A stretch of DNA of 64,000 bases from Macrostomum lignano (lineage: Eukaryota). The notes below the pieces were generated by a model. The model ran no database searches, was not told where the DNA came from, and saw nothing but the letters and a program-made list of their open reading frames with translations. Positions 1-25,706 of the stretch are shown here, piece after piece. How positions within the stretch are numbered: the stretch's first letter is position 1; every line of letters starts with the position of its first letter. A program made the translations under genes and the position numbers. The stretch is from NCBI GenBank assembly GCA_002269645.1, contig NIVC01001335.1, positions 175,087 through 239,086 of the forward strand. Direction: 5' to 3'.

Positions 1-182
1 ACTCCTCCCTCTAGACTCTACTCCTCCCTCTAGACTCTACTCCTCCCTCTAGACTCTACTCCTCCCTCTAGACTCTACTCCTCCCTCTAGACTCTACTCC
101 TTCCTCTAGACTCTACTCCTCCCTCTAGACTCTACTCCTCCCTCTAGACTCTACTCCTCCCTCTAGACTCTACTCCTCCCCT
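1..182. repeat. 19-bp tandem repeat (ACTCCTCCCTCTAGACTCT)n
   Basis: About 9 near-perfect copies read directly. Confidence 0.95.
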
Positions 183-1274
183 CTACTCTCCATCCCTTAC
201 AATCTATCCCTTCCCCCTATACTCTACCCCTCACTCTACTGTACCTGTCACCCTAAGCTCTACTCTCTCGCTACTCTACGACTACACCTCACCCTCTACT
301 CCACTCTCGCCGCGTTGCCTGTCCCCTTTTCGACTCTCTGCCAGCATAAGCGCATCTCTCACACGATGCAGACAGACCCGAGTAAACAAATCGCACAGCA
401 GGCCTAATACATCATGATTGTACAGGGACCTAATGAACACCGCAGCAGGCTAAGCTATGGACAGCACACGCGTAAGAGTCAGCAGCGATGACAGACAGAG
501 TGAAACAGTGAGGCATTGAGGATTGTCTCAAGACCGGGTGAGGTAGGGCGGCTTGAGCAGAGCGGCTCAGGATTTAATTAACAAGCGGCCACAGGCTGGG
601 AACAGACGCTCTGACCCTGGCTGAGCCGGGCGGAGGAGCTCGCGAAGAAAGCAATAAGAAAGTGAGACAGAGGGGAGAGAGAGATGGGTGAGCCAGATGA
701 AGCTGCTGGGCTCAATCCAGCCTCCCAGTGATTAAAGACAAAAGTCCGATTTGTCAATTTTTGCAGAGATAACCAAGAAGGACATTTCTTAGAAAATCTC
801 TATAGAGTTTGCTATAAAACTTTGCTTCATAGTTTCTTCCGATTAGAACTCGTGCATAAAAACTGAATAATTAACTGAGTTCCCTATTTTTGCACAGAGA
901 CAGCTTCCCCAAGACCTGAACCCGACACTCAGCATGAGGAAAAGAACAGACAGGGATTTCTCAGGTGATATTTGCTCAAGGGGATCGGGTAACAGGCTCA
1001 GGGAGGTGCGAGAACCATCGATCAGTGTTTGAGAACCCTTCCTTACGGCTCGCTGAGTACATATTAACTCAGGAAACAGCTTTGGGACAGAGCTGCTCAG
1101 TGCACTGCACAGTGTTGCTCAAGACCTGAGAATCCAACTTTGTTATTAACACATGAGGGGGAGCTTTTTGTATCGGTGAAACTCGTTTCTTGAGGATGCG
1201 AATCGGAGACTGTGAGAATCGCACGAATCAGTCCCGGTGAATAGCGATCAGCTCCATCCATCAATCACTACTAA

Positions 1275-1732
1275 TCAATAATAAACAAATCACTTAATCA
1301 ATCAATCAATCAATCGTCAATTTAGTTCGTATCAGTCATCAACCTATCAATCATAGATCAATCAATCAATCAATCAAACAATCACCCAATCAATCAATCA
1401 CCCAATCAGTCATTTAATCACTCAATCTAACAATCAATCGATCAATCAATCAACCAACCAATCAATCAATCATCAATCAATCAATCAATCATCAATCAAT
1501 CAATCAATCATCAATCAATCAATCATCAATCACTCAATCATCAATCAATCACTCAATCAATCAATCAAGCATCACTCTCAATCAATCAATCATCAATCAA
1601 TCAATCAATCATCACTCTCAATCAATCAATCATCAATCAATCAATCAATCATCACTCTCAATCAATCAATCATCACTCTCAATCAATCAATCATCAATCA
1701 ATCAATCAATCATCACTCTCAATCAATCAATC

Positions 1733-1765
<33 letters not shown>

Positions 1766-1808
1766 CAATCAATCATCAATCAATCAATCAATCAATCATC
1801 AATCAATT
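1275..1808. repeat. Interrupted (AATC)n microsatellite
   Basis: Read directly; lies just 3' of the ELKS donor at 1828. Confidence 0.95.
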
Positions 1809-1828
1809 ACTCAATCAGCCGGCCTCAC

Positions 1829-14334
<12,506 letters not shown>

Positions 14335-15382
14335 TGCGGCGACATGCTGGCTGAGACTGGCTGAGACGGTTGCTGCTGAGACTCACTTCTGGCTGGCAGT
14401 AGTTGAAGGAATTCAGCGGCAGCTTTAACAGCTGACTGGAGGGACAGCTGAGGGTTTGGCCAAAGAATGAGCAGATTGAGCTGACTTGTTTATCCCGAGC
14501 ATTGTGACAAACTCAGGTGCGTCTCTATTGGATGAAAGAGTAGTCACGTGACTGTTTGTAGCCAATAGCATGAGTAGGCGCGTTGATCCTATGTTGAGCA
14601 AGCTATGAATCAATTATTTTAATAAAAATATCTTACAGCCCTGCACAACAGAAGATTTAATAGCCTTCTTCTATAATATTTAATAGAAGATTTTCTTAAT
14701 TTTTTTAAAAAGACCAACATGTGCAAAGCATTCTATATTAGTATAATAGGTCAAAAAGATATGGCCAAGGGCAATAGAGCCTAATATTTTAGAGGAGGGG
14801 GCACCAAGCATAAAGCACAAGGGCAAAAATGTCTATATACTATTAATTATAGCCTAAAATCAGAAAAAGCACTAAAAATTATAGATATTAACTATTACTA
14901 AGCACTAAGATATATCATAAACTAAAAAATTCTGGGGCTCAATGTATTATATGCCACATAGACTCATTTTCTAGGGGGGAGGGCACATGCCCTCAGTGTC
15001 GAAAGCTCTCACTGCCTATGGATATGGCAATTTTTTTACTAAATGTCATTGTTTCTCCTAGTTTCTTATATCTGTTATATTGACAAAGGAAGAAAATGTA
15101 GCATTAAAGGACTTTGTCCTAGGTTTATATTTTTCTGTGATAGGGATGCTATATAGCATCTTGACTTACCTAGACTTTGTCTCTAAGCTATAGATAGAAA
15201 ATATATTTGTTTGTTATTTATACTTGTTCTTAAAAATTAATGAAAAATATAAAACTATTAAACATTATAATATAATATATATTATAAATATAAATATAAC
15301 TATATATTAGAAAGCAGTTTAGTTATTTAATAGGGAGTTATAGACTGGCAGTACCTCATTTGATAAGGCTGTTAATGTTAGT

Positions 15383-15683
15383 CATACATGCGCAACAGTC
15401 GGCCGAGTCAACGGACCGATTTGGCGGCCAAGCAATGAAGTCGCAAAAATGCCCACCCAAAAAATACCCAAGTAGTGGTACTAAGTAGCTGACAAGGCAT
15501 TTTGACTTAACAAGACAGTCATAGTTACTCCTGCCGTTTACCCAAAGTAGCGTTAATTTTGCTTTATGCTACTTACGCTAGGGTTTTTTTTACATGTAAG
15601 TCGCATTTTGGCCAAAAACTACATCACATTTTGTTAAAACTAAGTCGCATGCCCGACCGAATTTTGGAGGTTGCGCATGTATG
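15383..15683. mobile_element. Non-autonomous DNA transposon (MITE), hAT- or P-like
   Basis: Perfect 14-bp TIRs CATACATGCGCAAC/GTTGCGCATGTATG flanked by an 8-bp direct repeat ATGTTAGT (15375-15382 and 15684-15691). Confidence 0.85.
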
Positions 15684-17214
15684 ATGTTAGTCTACTAGGT
15701 AGGCATTTAACCATTTTTGGTCATAGAAATAAAATAGGTCATGCTTTAGAATAACTATAATTAATAAAAATGCTTTTTGCATTTCTAATAAACTTAGCAT
15801 TTATCAGATATATCCTTTCAAGAATATATGCACAATACCTGGCCAACCTGGCCAGCTAGTAAGAAGCCTAGCCAAGGTAAGTTACAAAAATGCCTACCTA
15901 CAAATTACAAATAGATACAATACTAATTAAATGATAAAGTATGTAGCCTTAATATTATAGTCATATTTAATCCTATCATTTACCCAAAATTACATGAATC
16001 CTTGTTTAGGTTTTTTCATAGGTATTAGGTAAGTCATATTTTTGGTCAAAAAGTAAGTTGCATGGCCAGTGTATATCAAAGGGGTTGTGTATATATCATG
16101 TATGCTTGCTTTTAGACCATAAAGAACTCAAAAAATTTTATGTTTTGCTGCTTTTGCAACATAATAATTAATAGGATTATCACTTATACCTTTTAGGCTA
16201 TAGAGATAGAAAACTTGGAAATTTTCTTTGCCATCTCAGCATTATAACTCAAATCTCACTGGCACAAGTACAAATTCAACTGAAAAGGAATTTTTTCAAA
16301 TGAAACTCCATTAGCTAATAATAGTAATAATATAATAATAGGCCTAGTAATAATAATACAAAATGCTAAATAATTTTACTTATATTATAAGCTTATGCTA
16401 GAATTAAAAATACCGAACTAGATTGAATATAGGCATAGCCAATGTAGTAATATGCAACATGACAATATTCAATTACATCAAATATTTGCATATAGTAAAT
16501 AAATTAGTAATACTGATAATTGATATGAATATGAAGTATAATTTAAATATATTATTTTTTTTGCATGGCTATCACTAAATTACACCTTAATACCTAAAAT
16601 TTATTGGAATTCTTCAGATATAGCTTGTATTAGACTTACATATCTAATGATAGGGCATTGCCATTAGCTAGTAATTACTAAATATACAATATAACATCAA
16701 CATTTTAACATATCTTATCTTCCCATAGCAGTTTATTTTAGCAGTTAACGGAGAGTTTACTAATTCTATTTAATAGTTTATTCAGCCCATGATCAAGTGT
16801 AAGATTGATTATTTAGAATTATCGAACTCTAACTCTGAGTCGCGGCATGTCGCGCCGTAGCGGTTAGAACTTAAATTAAGTGAATCTTCGAAAAATAGTT
16901 TTTCTTACCACATCGAAAAGGTGGGAAAACATTTTGCGTTTCTCAAGTGATAAAACAAAAAACCAAAACTCTTCGTAATTATTGCTATTCAGCGTTTGCA
17001 AGAATTAATTGGTTCAAATAAAAAATCCTCAACTTTTTTAAAAGATACGCTCTAGAGCTACATTAAATGAAAAGCATTATAAAGCCCGAACTAAGCAGTG
17101 CATTGCAGTTCAAGCCGTTTCCTGATATAATTTTGAAACTTAAAGTTTTCGTCGAGCTAAAAGTTAGTGATTTTAAATATAAAACAAAGTTAGGCATTAA
17201 ACAAAGCTGTATAT

Positions 17215-17427
17215 TGTGGCGGCCAGACTGGTGCACGGTTGAGAGCGGGGCCCGCCTGTGCACAGGCCCCTGCACGCCTGGCTGCTGGGGAGTTTTGCCC
17301 AGCCAGCCAGTTCGCTCTGACTCACACCTCCCTATTCTCTCAAGTATAAAGACTATGCTTAAACAAATATACACAAGATCTTTTGCTTGCTTGCTGCTTT
17401 TCAAGCTTCCACTCGCAAGCCGCTTCA
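17215..17427 (+). repeat. 5' LTR
   Basis: Direct repeat of 21320-21532. Confidence 0.97.
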
Positions 17428-17457
17428 TTGGTGAGCCCTACGCAGCCATTTCGTGCA

Positions 17458-20400
17458 ATGGCCCAAAAAACCGACTCTGCTGTGTCCCTGAAGCTGCCCA
17501 CGTTTTGGGCGGCCCAGCCTCGAGCCTGGTTCATCCAGGCCGAAGCTCAGTTTACCCTGAGAGGCATCACTCAGGACGAGACCAAGTACGCCCATCTGGT
17601 CGCAGCTCTTGACCAGCAGACAGCAGAGCGCCTGCTCGATGTGCTCGAGGCTCCTCCGGAGGCGAACAAGTACGCTCAGCTAAAGGAGCGCCTCAACAGC
17701 ACTTTCGATTTGACTCCTCAGCAGCGGGCCAGTCGCCTGCTCAGCATGTCCGGCCTCGGCGACCGGCGGCCTTCCGAGCTGATGGACGAGATGCTCGCCC
17801 TGCTGGGGAACCACCGCCCCTGCCTGCTGTTCGAGGAGCTGTTCCGCCAGCAGCTGCCACCGGAAGTACGTATGGCCATGACAACCGTCAGTTTCGCGGA
17901 CCCCGGGCAGCAGCGCAGGAGGCAGACAAGCTCTGGGCCAGCCGGCCGCAGCTGGTGGCGGCCTCCGTCCAGCAGCCGGCGGCAGACCCAGCCCAGCAAG
18001 TCCAGCCGGCAGTCTTTGCGGCCAGCAAGGGCGCCAAACAGAGACGGCCCCAGCAGCACCGCCCGGACGACGGCCTGTGTTTCTTTCACCGTCGTTTCGG
18101 TGCGAAAGCCCGCCGCTGTGAACTCCCGTGCAGCTTCCAGGGAAACGGGCAGGCCGGCCGTCAGTGAACAGCTCGACGGCCGGCAACACCAGCAGCCTGC
18201 TCCTCATCCCGGATGTGCAGACGGGCCGGCGTTTCCTGGTCGACACCGGCGCCGAGGTCAGCATTCTCCAGCAGCCGGTTCCGACGCCCGCCTGCACTCG
18301 CCAGGCCCGCCGCTTTTCGCAGCTAACGGCAGCCTCATCCGAACCTTCGGCACCCGCCAGCTCACGTTGGACCTCGGCATCCGGCGCTGCTCCTGGCCGT
18401 TCCTTCTGGCCGAGGTCTCCCGCCCGCTGATCGGCGCCGACTTTCTGCGGCACCACGGCCTGCTGGTGGACCTGCCGCACCGGCGCCTCCTGGACGCCCG
18501 CTCGCTCGCCAGCGTGCACCTGCTGGACGGCGCGGGGCCCGGACTGCAACTCGCCGCAGCCGCCGCTGCGGACCCGTACAGACAGCTGTTGGCCGAGTTC
18601 CCCGCCCTCACCGAGCCCAGTTTCCAGCGGGCTGAGCCACGACACGGGGTGGAGCACCACATCCCGACGCAGGGCCCGCCGGTCCATGCCCGCCCTCGCC
18701 GCCTGCCGCCGGACAAGCTGGCGGTGGCCAAGGAGGAGTTCCGGCTCCTGGAGCAACTCGGCATCGTTCGCCGGTCCAACAGCCCTTGGTCCTCGCCGTT
18801 GCATATGGTCCCAAAAGCCTCCGGTGGCTGGCAGCCCTGCGGCGATTTCAGGCGGCTAAACGACGCCACGGTGCCCGACCGCTACCCGGTGCCGCACATC
18901 CAGGACTTCTCAGTGCGCCTAGCCGGCTGCTCGGTTTTCTCCAAGATCGACCTGGTTCGTGGCTACCACCAGGTGCCCGTGGCCGCGGCCGACGTGCCCA
19001 AGACCGCCGTCACCACCCCGTACGGCCTCTTCGAGTTCCTGCGAATGCCATTCGGTCTCAAGAACGCCGCCCAGGCCTTCCAGCGGTTGGTGGACTCCGT
19101 CTGCCAAGACCTGGACTTTGTCTTCGCCTACATCGACGACTTCCTGGTCGCTAGCCACAGCCCACAAGAGCACCGGGAGCACCTGCGGACGCTTTTCCAG
19201 CGCCTGGCGGACAACGGCCTTATCGTCAACCCGGCCAAGTGCGAGTTCGGCCGCAGCGAGATCGACTTCCTCGGCCACCGGATCAGCGCCCAGGGAGCCG
19301 TGCCGCTGCCCGCTAAAGTCGACGCCATCGCCAGATTCGCACCGCCAGCCACCGTCAAGGGCCTGCAGGAGTTCGCCGGCATGGTGAATTTCTACCACCG
19401 CTTCGTGCCGCGCGCCGCCCAGCTGCTGCGCCCCATCCATGCGGCCATGGCCGGCAAGGAGAAGTTCGTCCGGTGGACGCCCGAGCTGACCGCCGCTTTC
19501 GATGGAGCGAAGCGGGCGCTGGCCTCCGCCGCCATGCTGGCGCACCCGCGGCCAGACGCGCCCATCGCCCTCACCGTCGAAGCCTCCGATACCGCGGTCG
19601 GGGCAGCGCTCGAGCAGCGGGTTGGCAGCGCCTGGCAGTCGCTCGCCTTCTTCAGCCGGCAGATGCGCCCGCCCGAGCAGAAGTACAGCGCGTTCGACCG
19701 CGAGCTTCTCGCCCTGTACCTGGCGGTCCGGCACTTTCGCTATTTCCTGGAGGGCCGCGCGTTCACCGCTTTCACGGACCACAAGCCGCTGGTCGCCGCC
19801 ATGTCCAAGATGTCCGATCCGTGGTCCGCCCGACAGCAGCGCCACCTGGCCTACGTGTCCGAGTTCACCACAAACATCCAGCACGTGGCGGGCAAGGACA
19901 ACTCGGTCGCAGACGCGCTGTCCCGCTGCACGATCTCTTCCGTGCAGCCCCGGCTGCTTCCCGGCGTGGATTTCGCGTCCATGGCCCAGGCGCAGGCGGC
20001 CGATACGGCCAGTCAGGCGGACGCCAGCCTCCAACTTGAGCCGCTGCAGCTCAGCCTCGGTGTCGCCCTGCTCTGCGACATCTCCACAGGCCGGCCGCGC
20101 CCGTTGGTGCCGCCGAATTTCAGACGCCCCGTCTTCGACGCCATCCACGGCCTCGCCCACCCGTCCGTCCGCAGCACGCGGCGCCTCGTGGCCGCCAAAT
20201 TCGTGTGGGCCGGCATGAACAAGGACGTTAGCCGGTGGGCCCGGTCCTGTGTCGCCTGCCAGACGGCCAAGGTGCACCGGCACGTCGCCGCCCCGGTTGG
20301 CAATATCCGCGTCCCGGACCAGCGCTTCGCCCACGTGCACGTCGACCTGGTGGGGCCGCTGCCGCCTTCGCAAGGCTTCACGCACCTGCTGACCATCGTG

Positions 20401-21032
20401 GACCGTTTCACCCGGTGGCCGGAGGCGATCCCGATGACCGACACCGATCCGCGGCCGCGTGCGCCTCCGCCTTCATCGCCCACTGGATCGCCAGGTTTGG
20501 AGTGCCAAGCGACATCACCTCGGACCGCGGCTCGCAGTTCACGTCGCTGCTGTGGTCCAACGTCTCACAGCTCCTCGGAATGCAGCTCCACCAGACAACG
20601 GCTTTCCATCCGCAGGCGAACGGGCTGGTCGAGCGTTTCCACCGGCAGCTGAAGTCCTCCCTCATGACGCGACTGGCCGGACCAGCCTGGGTCAGCGAGC
20701 TACCCTGGGTGCTGCTCGGCATCCGGACGGCCCCCAAGGAGGACCTGCCGGCATCGTCGGCCGAGCGGGTCTACGGAGCGCCCCTCTGCGTGCCTGGCGA
20801 GTGCCTGCAGCCCAGCCCGCCGGCCGGCGACCACGACCAGTTCCTCGCCCGGCTCCGCGGCGTCGTCCAGGCATTCCCGCCGACGTCCCGTCACGGCAGC
20901 CGCCCCACAGCTTGGCCGGCCGCCCTCGACGCCTGCCAGTTCGTTTTCGTCCGGCGCGACGGCCACCGCCCTCCGCTGCAGCGACCTTACGACGGCCCGT
21001 TCAAGGTCCTCGAGCGGGACGCCAAAGCTTGA
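17458..21032 (+). CDS. gag-pol polyprotein (Gag, protease, RT, RNase H, integrase with GPF motif); one programmed -1 frameshift plus three -1 lesions
   Basis: Motifs LKLPTFW, LVDTGA, DFRRLN, YIDD, DHKPL, integrase H-H-C-C, HVDLVGP, SDRGSQF, NGLVERFHR and PYDGPFKV. Confidence 0.92.
18140..18184 (+). promoter_or_regulatory. -1 programmed ribosomal frameshift signal (gag to pol)
   Basis: G GGA AAC heptamer in the gag frame, a 6-nt spacer, then a 10-bp stem GCCGGCCGTC/GACGGCCGGC. The -1 frame is the protease frame. Confidence 0.85.
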
Positions 21033-21319
21033 CGGATCTGACGCGACCGAGTGTCAGTGGAGAGACTGAAGCCAGCCGTCATCGACGCGGTCGACCCGTT
21101 CCCGACGCCGGCTCTGCGACCAAGAGGCCGCCCGCCGCGGCTGCCCGCTGAGCCGCCCCCAGCGCACTCTGCCGCCGACCCCGCCTCTTCAGCTGGCGAC
21201 ATTCCGCCGGCGGCCCAACGCACTGCTGCTTTCCCCAGCCGCCAACTGCCACCCCGCCGGTGCCGTCCGAGTCCGGCGGCCTTGGCCGAATTAGCTCGGT
21301 GCTGGGGGGGGGGGAGCTC

Positions 21320-21532
21320 TGTGGCGGCCAGACTGGTGCACGGTTGAGAGCGGGGCCCGCCTGTGCACAGGCCCCTGCACGCCTGGCTGCTGGGGAGTTT
21401 TGCCCAGCCAGCCAGTTCGCTCTGACTCACACCTCCCTATTCTCTCAAGTATAAAGACTATGCTTAAACAAATATACACAAGATCTTTTGCTCGCTTGCT
21501 GCTTTTCAAGCTTCCACACGCAAGCCGCTTCA
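21320..21532 (+). repeat. 3' LTR
   Basis: Direct repeat of 17215-17427, preceded by the polypurine tract. Confidence 0.97.
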
Positions 21533-22465
21533 ATATTGACTAAGGACTACTTCAGTAGAAGGACGCAACACTCGAAATCAGACTACCTGTGTATGTTTTG
21601 AAAGCCACTTTTTAGTGGCGTCATACGATGGGTAAATTGAAACAATAAACTGCTTAACTGACCTATTCATAAAATATATCGTTTAATTTAAATAAACTTT
21701 GTGGCTTAATATGCATGTCCGAGTATGTGCAAGTAAAGTATGATAAATTACAGAACAGGGTTACAAACTCGTTTACTTGAATAATATACTTTACTAAAGA
21801 GATTAGAGTTCCAGTATTTTTTCACAATATCTGCATTAAATAAATTAAAAAACAAGAAACATGTGAGAAAAAATTTCAACTACTAAGTGTCAACTACTTA
21901 TAGTGTATGGCATTTCTACTATTTGGACATCTCACTTTTGGCGAACTAATCAAGCACACATGCCACTCCAGGCTGATCTTACAAAGTGAACATTGAATTT
22001 AGCTGACAATGCAATGCATAGACGATGCATAGCTTCTAAAACAGTTTTTGTCTTCTTTACAAAAATATTTTACAAGACTGTAAACGCTGAAGCAAGAAAA
22101 TGTCTTCAATTCTGATCAACTGACCGGATCGACTCTGAGCATAATTTAATCGTTTTAAATGTTATACTCGAACATATTTATTTAGCAAAAGTAGCTAATT
22201 CAACTACTTCGAGTACAGCCGCAAAACATTTAAGCATATAAAAGCACCGCAGTATAAAGCAAATACAAGCTAATACTTTAGCCGAATTAGGTATAATATA
22301 AACACGGAACTTTTTAATTTAAAATCGGCGCCCACGAGCGTAAAATCATCAATAATCACTGGAGACGCAAAACGAAATGAAAGGTACTTGTATGCGTCCC
22401 GATTACCCACTGTTTCAGTGTCATTCTGAACATTTAAGCTGATTAAATGATTTTGTCAAACAGAC

Positions 22466-22690
22466 ACGGGGATCCGGGATCTGACTGAGCTCACTGATAT
22501 GGGGATCCGGGATCTGACTGAGCTCACTGATATGGGGATCCGGGATCTGACTGAGCTCACTGATATGGGGATCCGGGATCTGACTGAGCTCACTGATATG
22601 GGGATCCGGGATCTGACTGAGCTCACTGATATGGGGATCCGGGATCTGACTGAGCTCACTGATATGGGGATCTGGAATCTGAACTCAGCC
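22466..22690. repeat. 33-bp tandem repeat, ~6 copies (GGGGATCCGGGATCTGACTGAGCTCACTGATAT)
   Basis: Read directly. Confidence 0.95.
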
Positions 22691-22761
22691 CACTTAAGAA
22701 GGCTCAAGTTAACACTGCCCGCAAGCCGCAAGCTTAAAGACCCCGCTCAGGATCAAAACCT

Positions 22762-24254
22762 TCAACTCTTGACGCAATCGTCGTCATCTTCGCCGTCCTC
22801 GCCGTCATCGCCGCCGCCGTCGGCGCCATCGGCAGCGTCGAAAATTTCCTCGACCGTGGCGTCGATGAGGTGGCGGCGCAGGCCGGACAGCCGCTTGTCC
22901 AAGTCGGCCAGCGCCACCTCCGCCGCGGCCAGCCGCTCGGCTCCACGCCCGCAGGCGACCTCGGCGTCGCAGGCAAAAGCGGCAGCCACGGCGGAGTTGA
23001 GGGCCACCACGGCGGCGTCCGCGCGCCCGCGCAACCGGTGCAGCCGCGCCAATGCGGCGTTGGCGTTGGCGCGTGCTGCAGTCAGCCGGTCCGACACGGC
23101 GTCAGGCCGGCGGGCCAGCGGGGCGGATTCGGACAGGGCACGGCACTCGGACACAGCGGACTCGGCCGCAGCAGCCTCATTGTCCAGCGTCTGGAGCAGC
23201 AGGTCCAGCAGGCCAGAAGCCGCCGACACGGCGGCAGCGCAACCAAGTTTCACCTGGAATGAGGCAACAGCGGTCATGCGGCCATGTCATCCGTTTTGCT
23301 GGATCTGGGAGTCGGACTAGGGATCTGAGTGGTATTGGGGATTTGTTAGTAGGATTAGGGATCTGGGAGTGGGATTAGAGGGATCTGGGAGTGGGATTAA
23401 GGATCTGGAAGTGGGATTAAGGATCTGGAAATTGGATTAGGGATCTGGGAGTTGGATTAGATATCTGGGAGTGGGATTAAGGATCTGGAAGTCGGATTAG
23501 ATATCTGGGAGTGGGATTAAGGATCTGGGAGTGGGATTAAGGATCTGGAAGTCGGATTAGATATCTGGGAGTGGGATAAGGATCTGGAAGTGGGATTAGG
23601 GATCTAGGAGTTGGATTAGATATCTGGGAGTGGGATTAAGGATCTGGAAGTGGGATTAGATATCTGGGAGTGGGATTAAGGATCTGGAAGTGGGATTAGG
23701 GATCTGGGAGTTGGATTAGATATCTGGAGTGGGATTAATGATCTGAAAGTAGGATTAGGGATCTGGGAGTTGGATTGCAGATCTCTAAGTGGGATTGGAA
23801 ATCTGAGTGATATTGGGGATTTGGTAGTAGGATTAGGGATCTGGGAGTGGGATTAAGGATCTGGGAGTTGGATAGGGATCAGGAGTGGGATTTGGGAGTG
23901 GAATTGGTCTAGCATAGAGGATTTATTTCTGGAATTAAGAACATTTGACCCAAACCTGGGTCCTGGGATCTAGAAAGTCAGCATATAAAATATATCTGAG
24001 CCCAGTTTTCTACTCACCTGATTAGGTACAACATCAGTTGAATCTTGTGAATTGCCATGCAAATTATTACCAATAGATGATGCAGATGCAGACATCAAAG
24101 AGCTAGATTTAAGACCTGTTTTCACATGACTATGATGATCTCTCGCAGCTGTATGAATGGCGCAGGGCAGGCATGCCAATGCACTGGCACTACTAGCTGC
24201 TGCAATAGTGGCCCAGAAACATCTGCCGCCACTAAAATATTTAAATAGCCTATG
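22762..24254 (-). CDS. B-box-like plus coiled-coil protein with acidic C-terminus, probably 5'-partial. Exons: 24018-24254, 22762-23253
   Basis: GC-rich helical terminal exon with a TTCCAG acceptor. The upstream phase-0/0 exon has CAG|GTGAGT and the Cys/His pattern C...CLPC...HHSH. Confidence 0.5.
23320..23900. repeat. ~20-bp degenerate minisatellite (GGGATTAAGGATCTGGGAGT)n
   Basis: Fills intron 23254-24017. Confidence 0.9.
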
Positions 24255-25312
24255 CTGAAAAAGGTACAAATTTGAAACATGATATAAGATTATAAAATAT
24301 AAAGAACAATAATTAAATCAGGCAAGTCAACAGTCTAAGGATGAAATCTTGGTACAGGATTCTACATAACTAGGCCTAAGCATTTTGTGCCATGCTGTAT
24401 TGGGTGGCATATTACTATCCATTGAATAATGTCTCTATAACTAACTGAATATCATTCCTGCTGCATTTCTAATATTGTTTCCTCTCCCTTTTGGCCACAA
24501 ATATCATTTTCTAATGTGGCACTACATTGCAACACTGATTGAAACTTGAAAATAATATAGCAAAACAAACTGGAAGATTGCAAAATGTATTAAGTATAAA
24601 AGTCTCAATAAGCAAATATAATAATTATTAGCAATATTATAATATGATGCCATCATTGATGGTATTTATATATATATATATATACCTTGGTCTAACACTC
24701 TAATCTACAGACTATATATACAGTTGCACCCCTTCCACATTTAAATTTTTTAGATCTATCATTTATACTTAGTGATATATGGCTATTTACTAATAATAAT
24801 ATAGGCTTAATGGCTAACAATCAACATTAACATAGCCTATAGTTTTATTTTTCTTAAATACTTATTTGACAAAAACATGTTATTGTAGTGGGCCCCTACC
24901 TAGCTAAAAGCAAATTTAGTTTAGGCCCATCCCTATGTATTACATTTTTGTCTCATAATAAGGATTTTACTTATTAAAACCTAAAAAGAATGTAAATGTA
25001 ATGTAATGAAACGTAAGCAACCTAAATTAGCCTTAACCCTTAGAATCTTTATATAGCCTATAACAAGTAAGTTAGATAGCCCAACACTACACTATAAAAG
25101 CAAAAAAATTCTATTTAATTTTTCTATTTTTTATTTCTATTAATTTCTATTTTTAACTGGTTTAGCTTAGCACTTATTAGTGTTTATAGAATTCACATTA
25201 TAATCAAGACAAAAGTAGCAAAAGCATAGCAACAGTGTAAGTAGTCACCAGGTAACACTGGTCAGACATGTTATGCATAGTATTGCCTTGGGTCGGGTAT
25301 CCCTGTAAGTAG

Positions 25313-25706
25313 TAGAGGTCGGACGGGATCCCGATCCCGATCCCGAAATCTCGGGATCCCGAGGAAAATTGAATTCCCGCGGGACCAGACTCCCGACCCT
25401 TAAAAAACTCAAGATTCGGGAACAGGTCTTTTGAATAAAAATTTATAGAATTAGTGATTACTTGAATGTATTTTGCTTTAACTTGTACTTGTTACATTAT
25501 TTACTTTGTTGGTTACAAAACTTCATATCAGTTTCGGTGTGTTTTACTTCTTGATCTTTACAATCTTTTCTCAATTTTGTTTAACTTTACATGGACAATA
25601 CACTAAAAGACCTGATCCCGATTCCCGAATCCCGATCCCAATCCCGAGAAAAAAATTATTCCTGATCCCGATCCCGCCCGAAGATTTCAATCCCGTCCGA
25701 CCTCTA
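25313..25706. mobile_element. hAT-like MITE
   Basis: 17-bp TIRs TAGAGGTCGGACGGGAT/ATCCCGTCCGACCTCTA, 8-bp TSD GTAAGTAG on both sides, and subterminal GATCCC repeats. Confidence 0.9.

Larger units (their letters stand above)
17215..21532 (+). mobile_element. Full-length Ty3/Gypsy LTR retrotransposon, CsRn1/Kabuki/Boudicca-like clade
   Basis: 213-bp TG...CA LTRs (17215-17427 and 21320-21532) with 2 mismatches; 4-bp TSD ATAT; tRNA-Trp-like PBS TGGTGAGCCC; G-rich PPT 21304-21316; gag CHCC motif CFFHRRFGAKARRCELPC. Confidence 0.97.

Noticed and set aside
900-1260. Further ELKS exon
   Set aside because: Open frames are not coiled-coil or ERC-like; the gene probably continues beyond the window.
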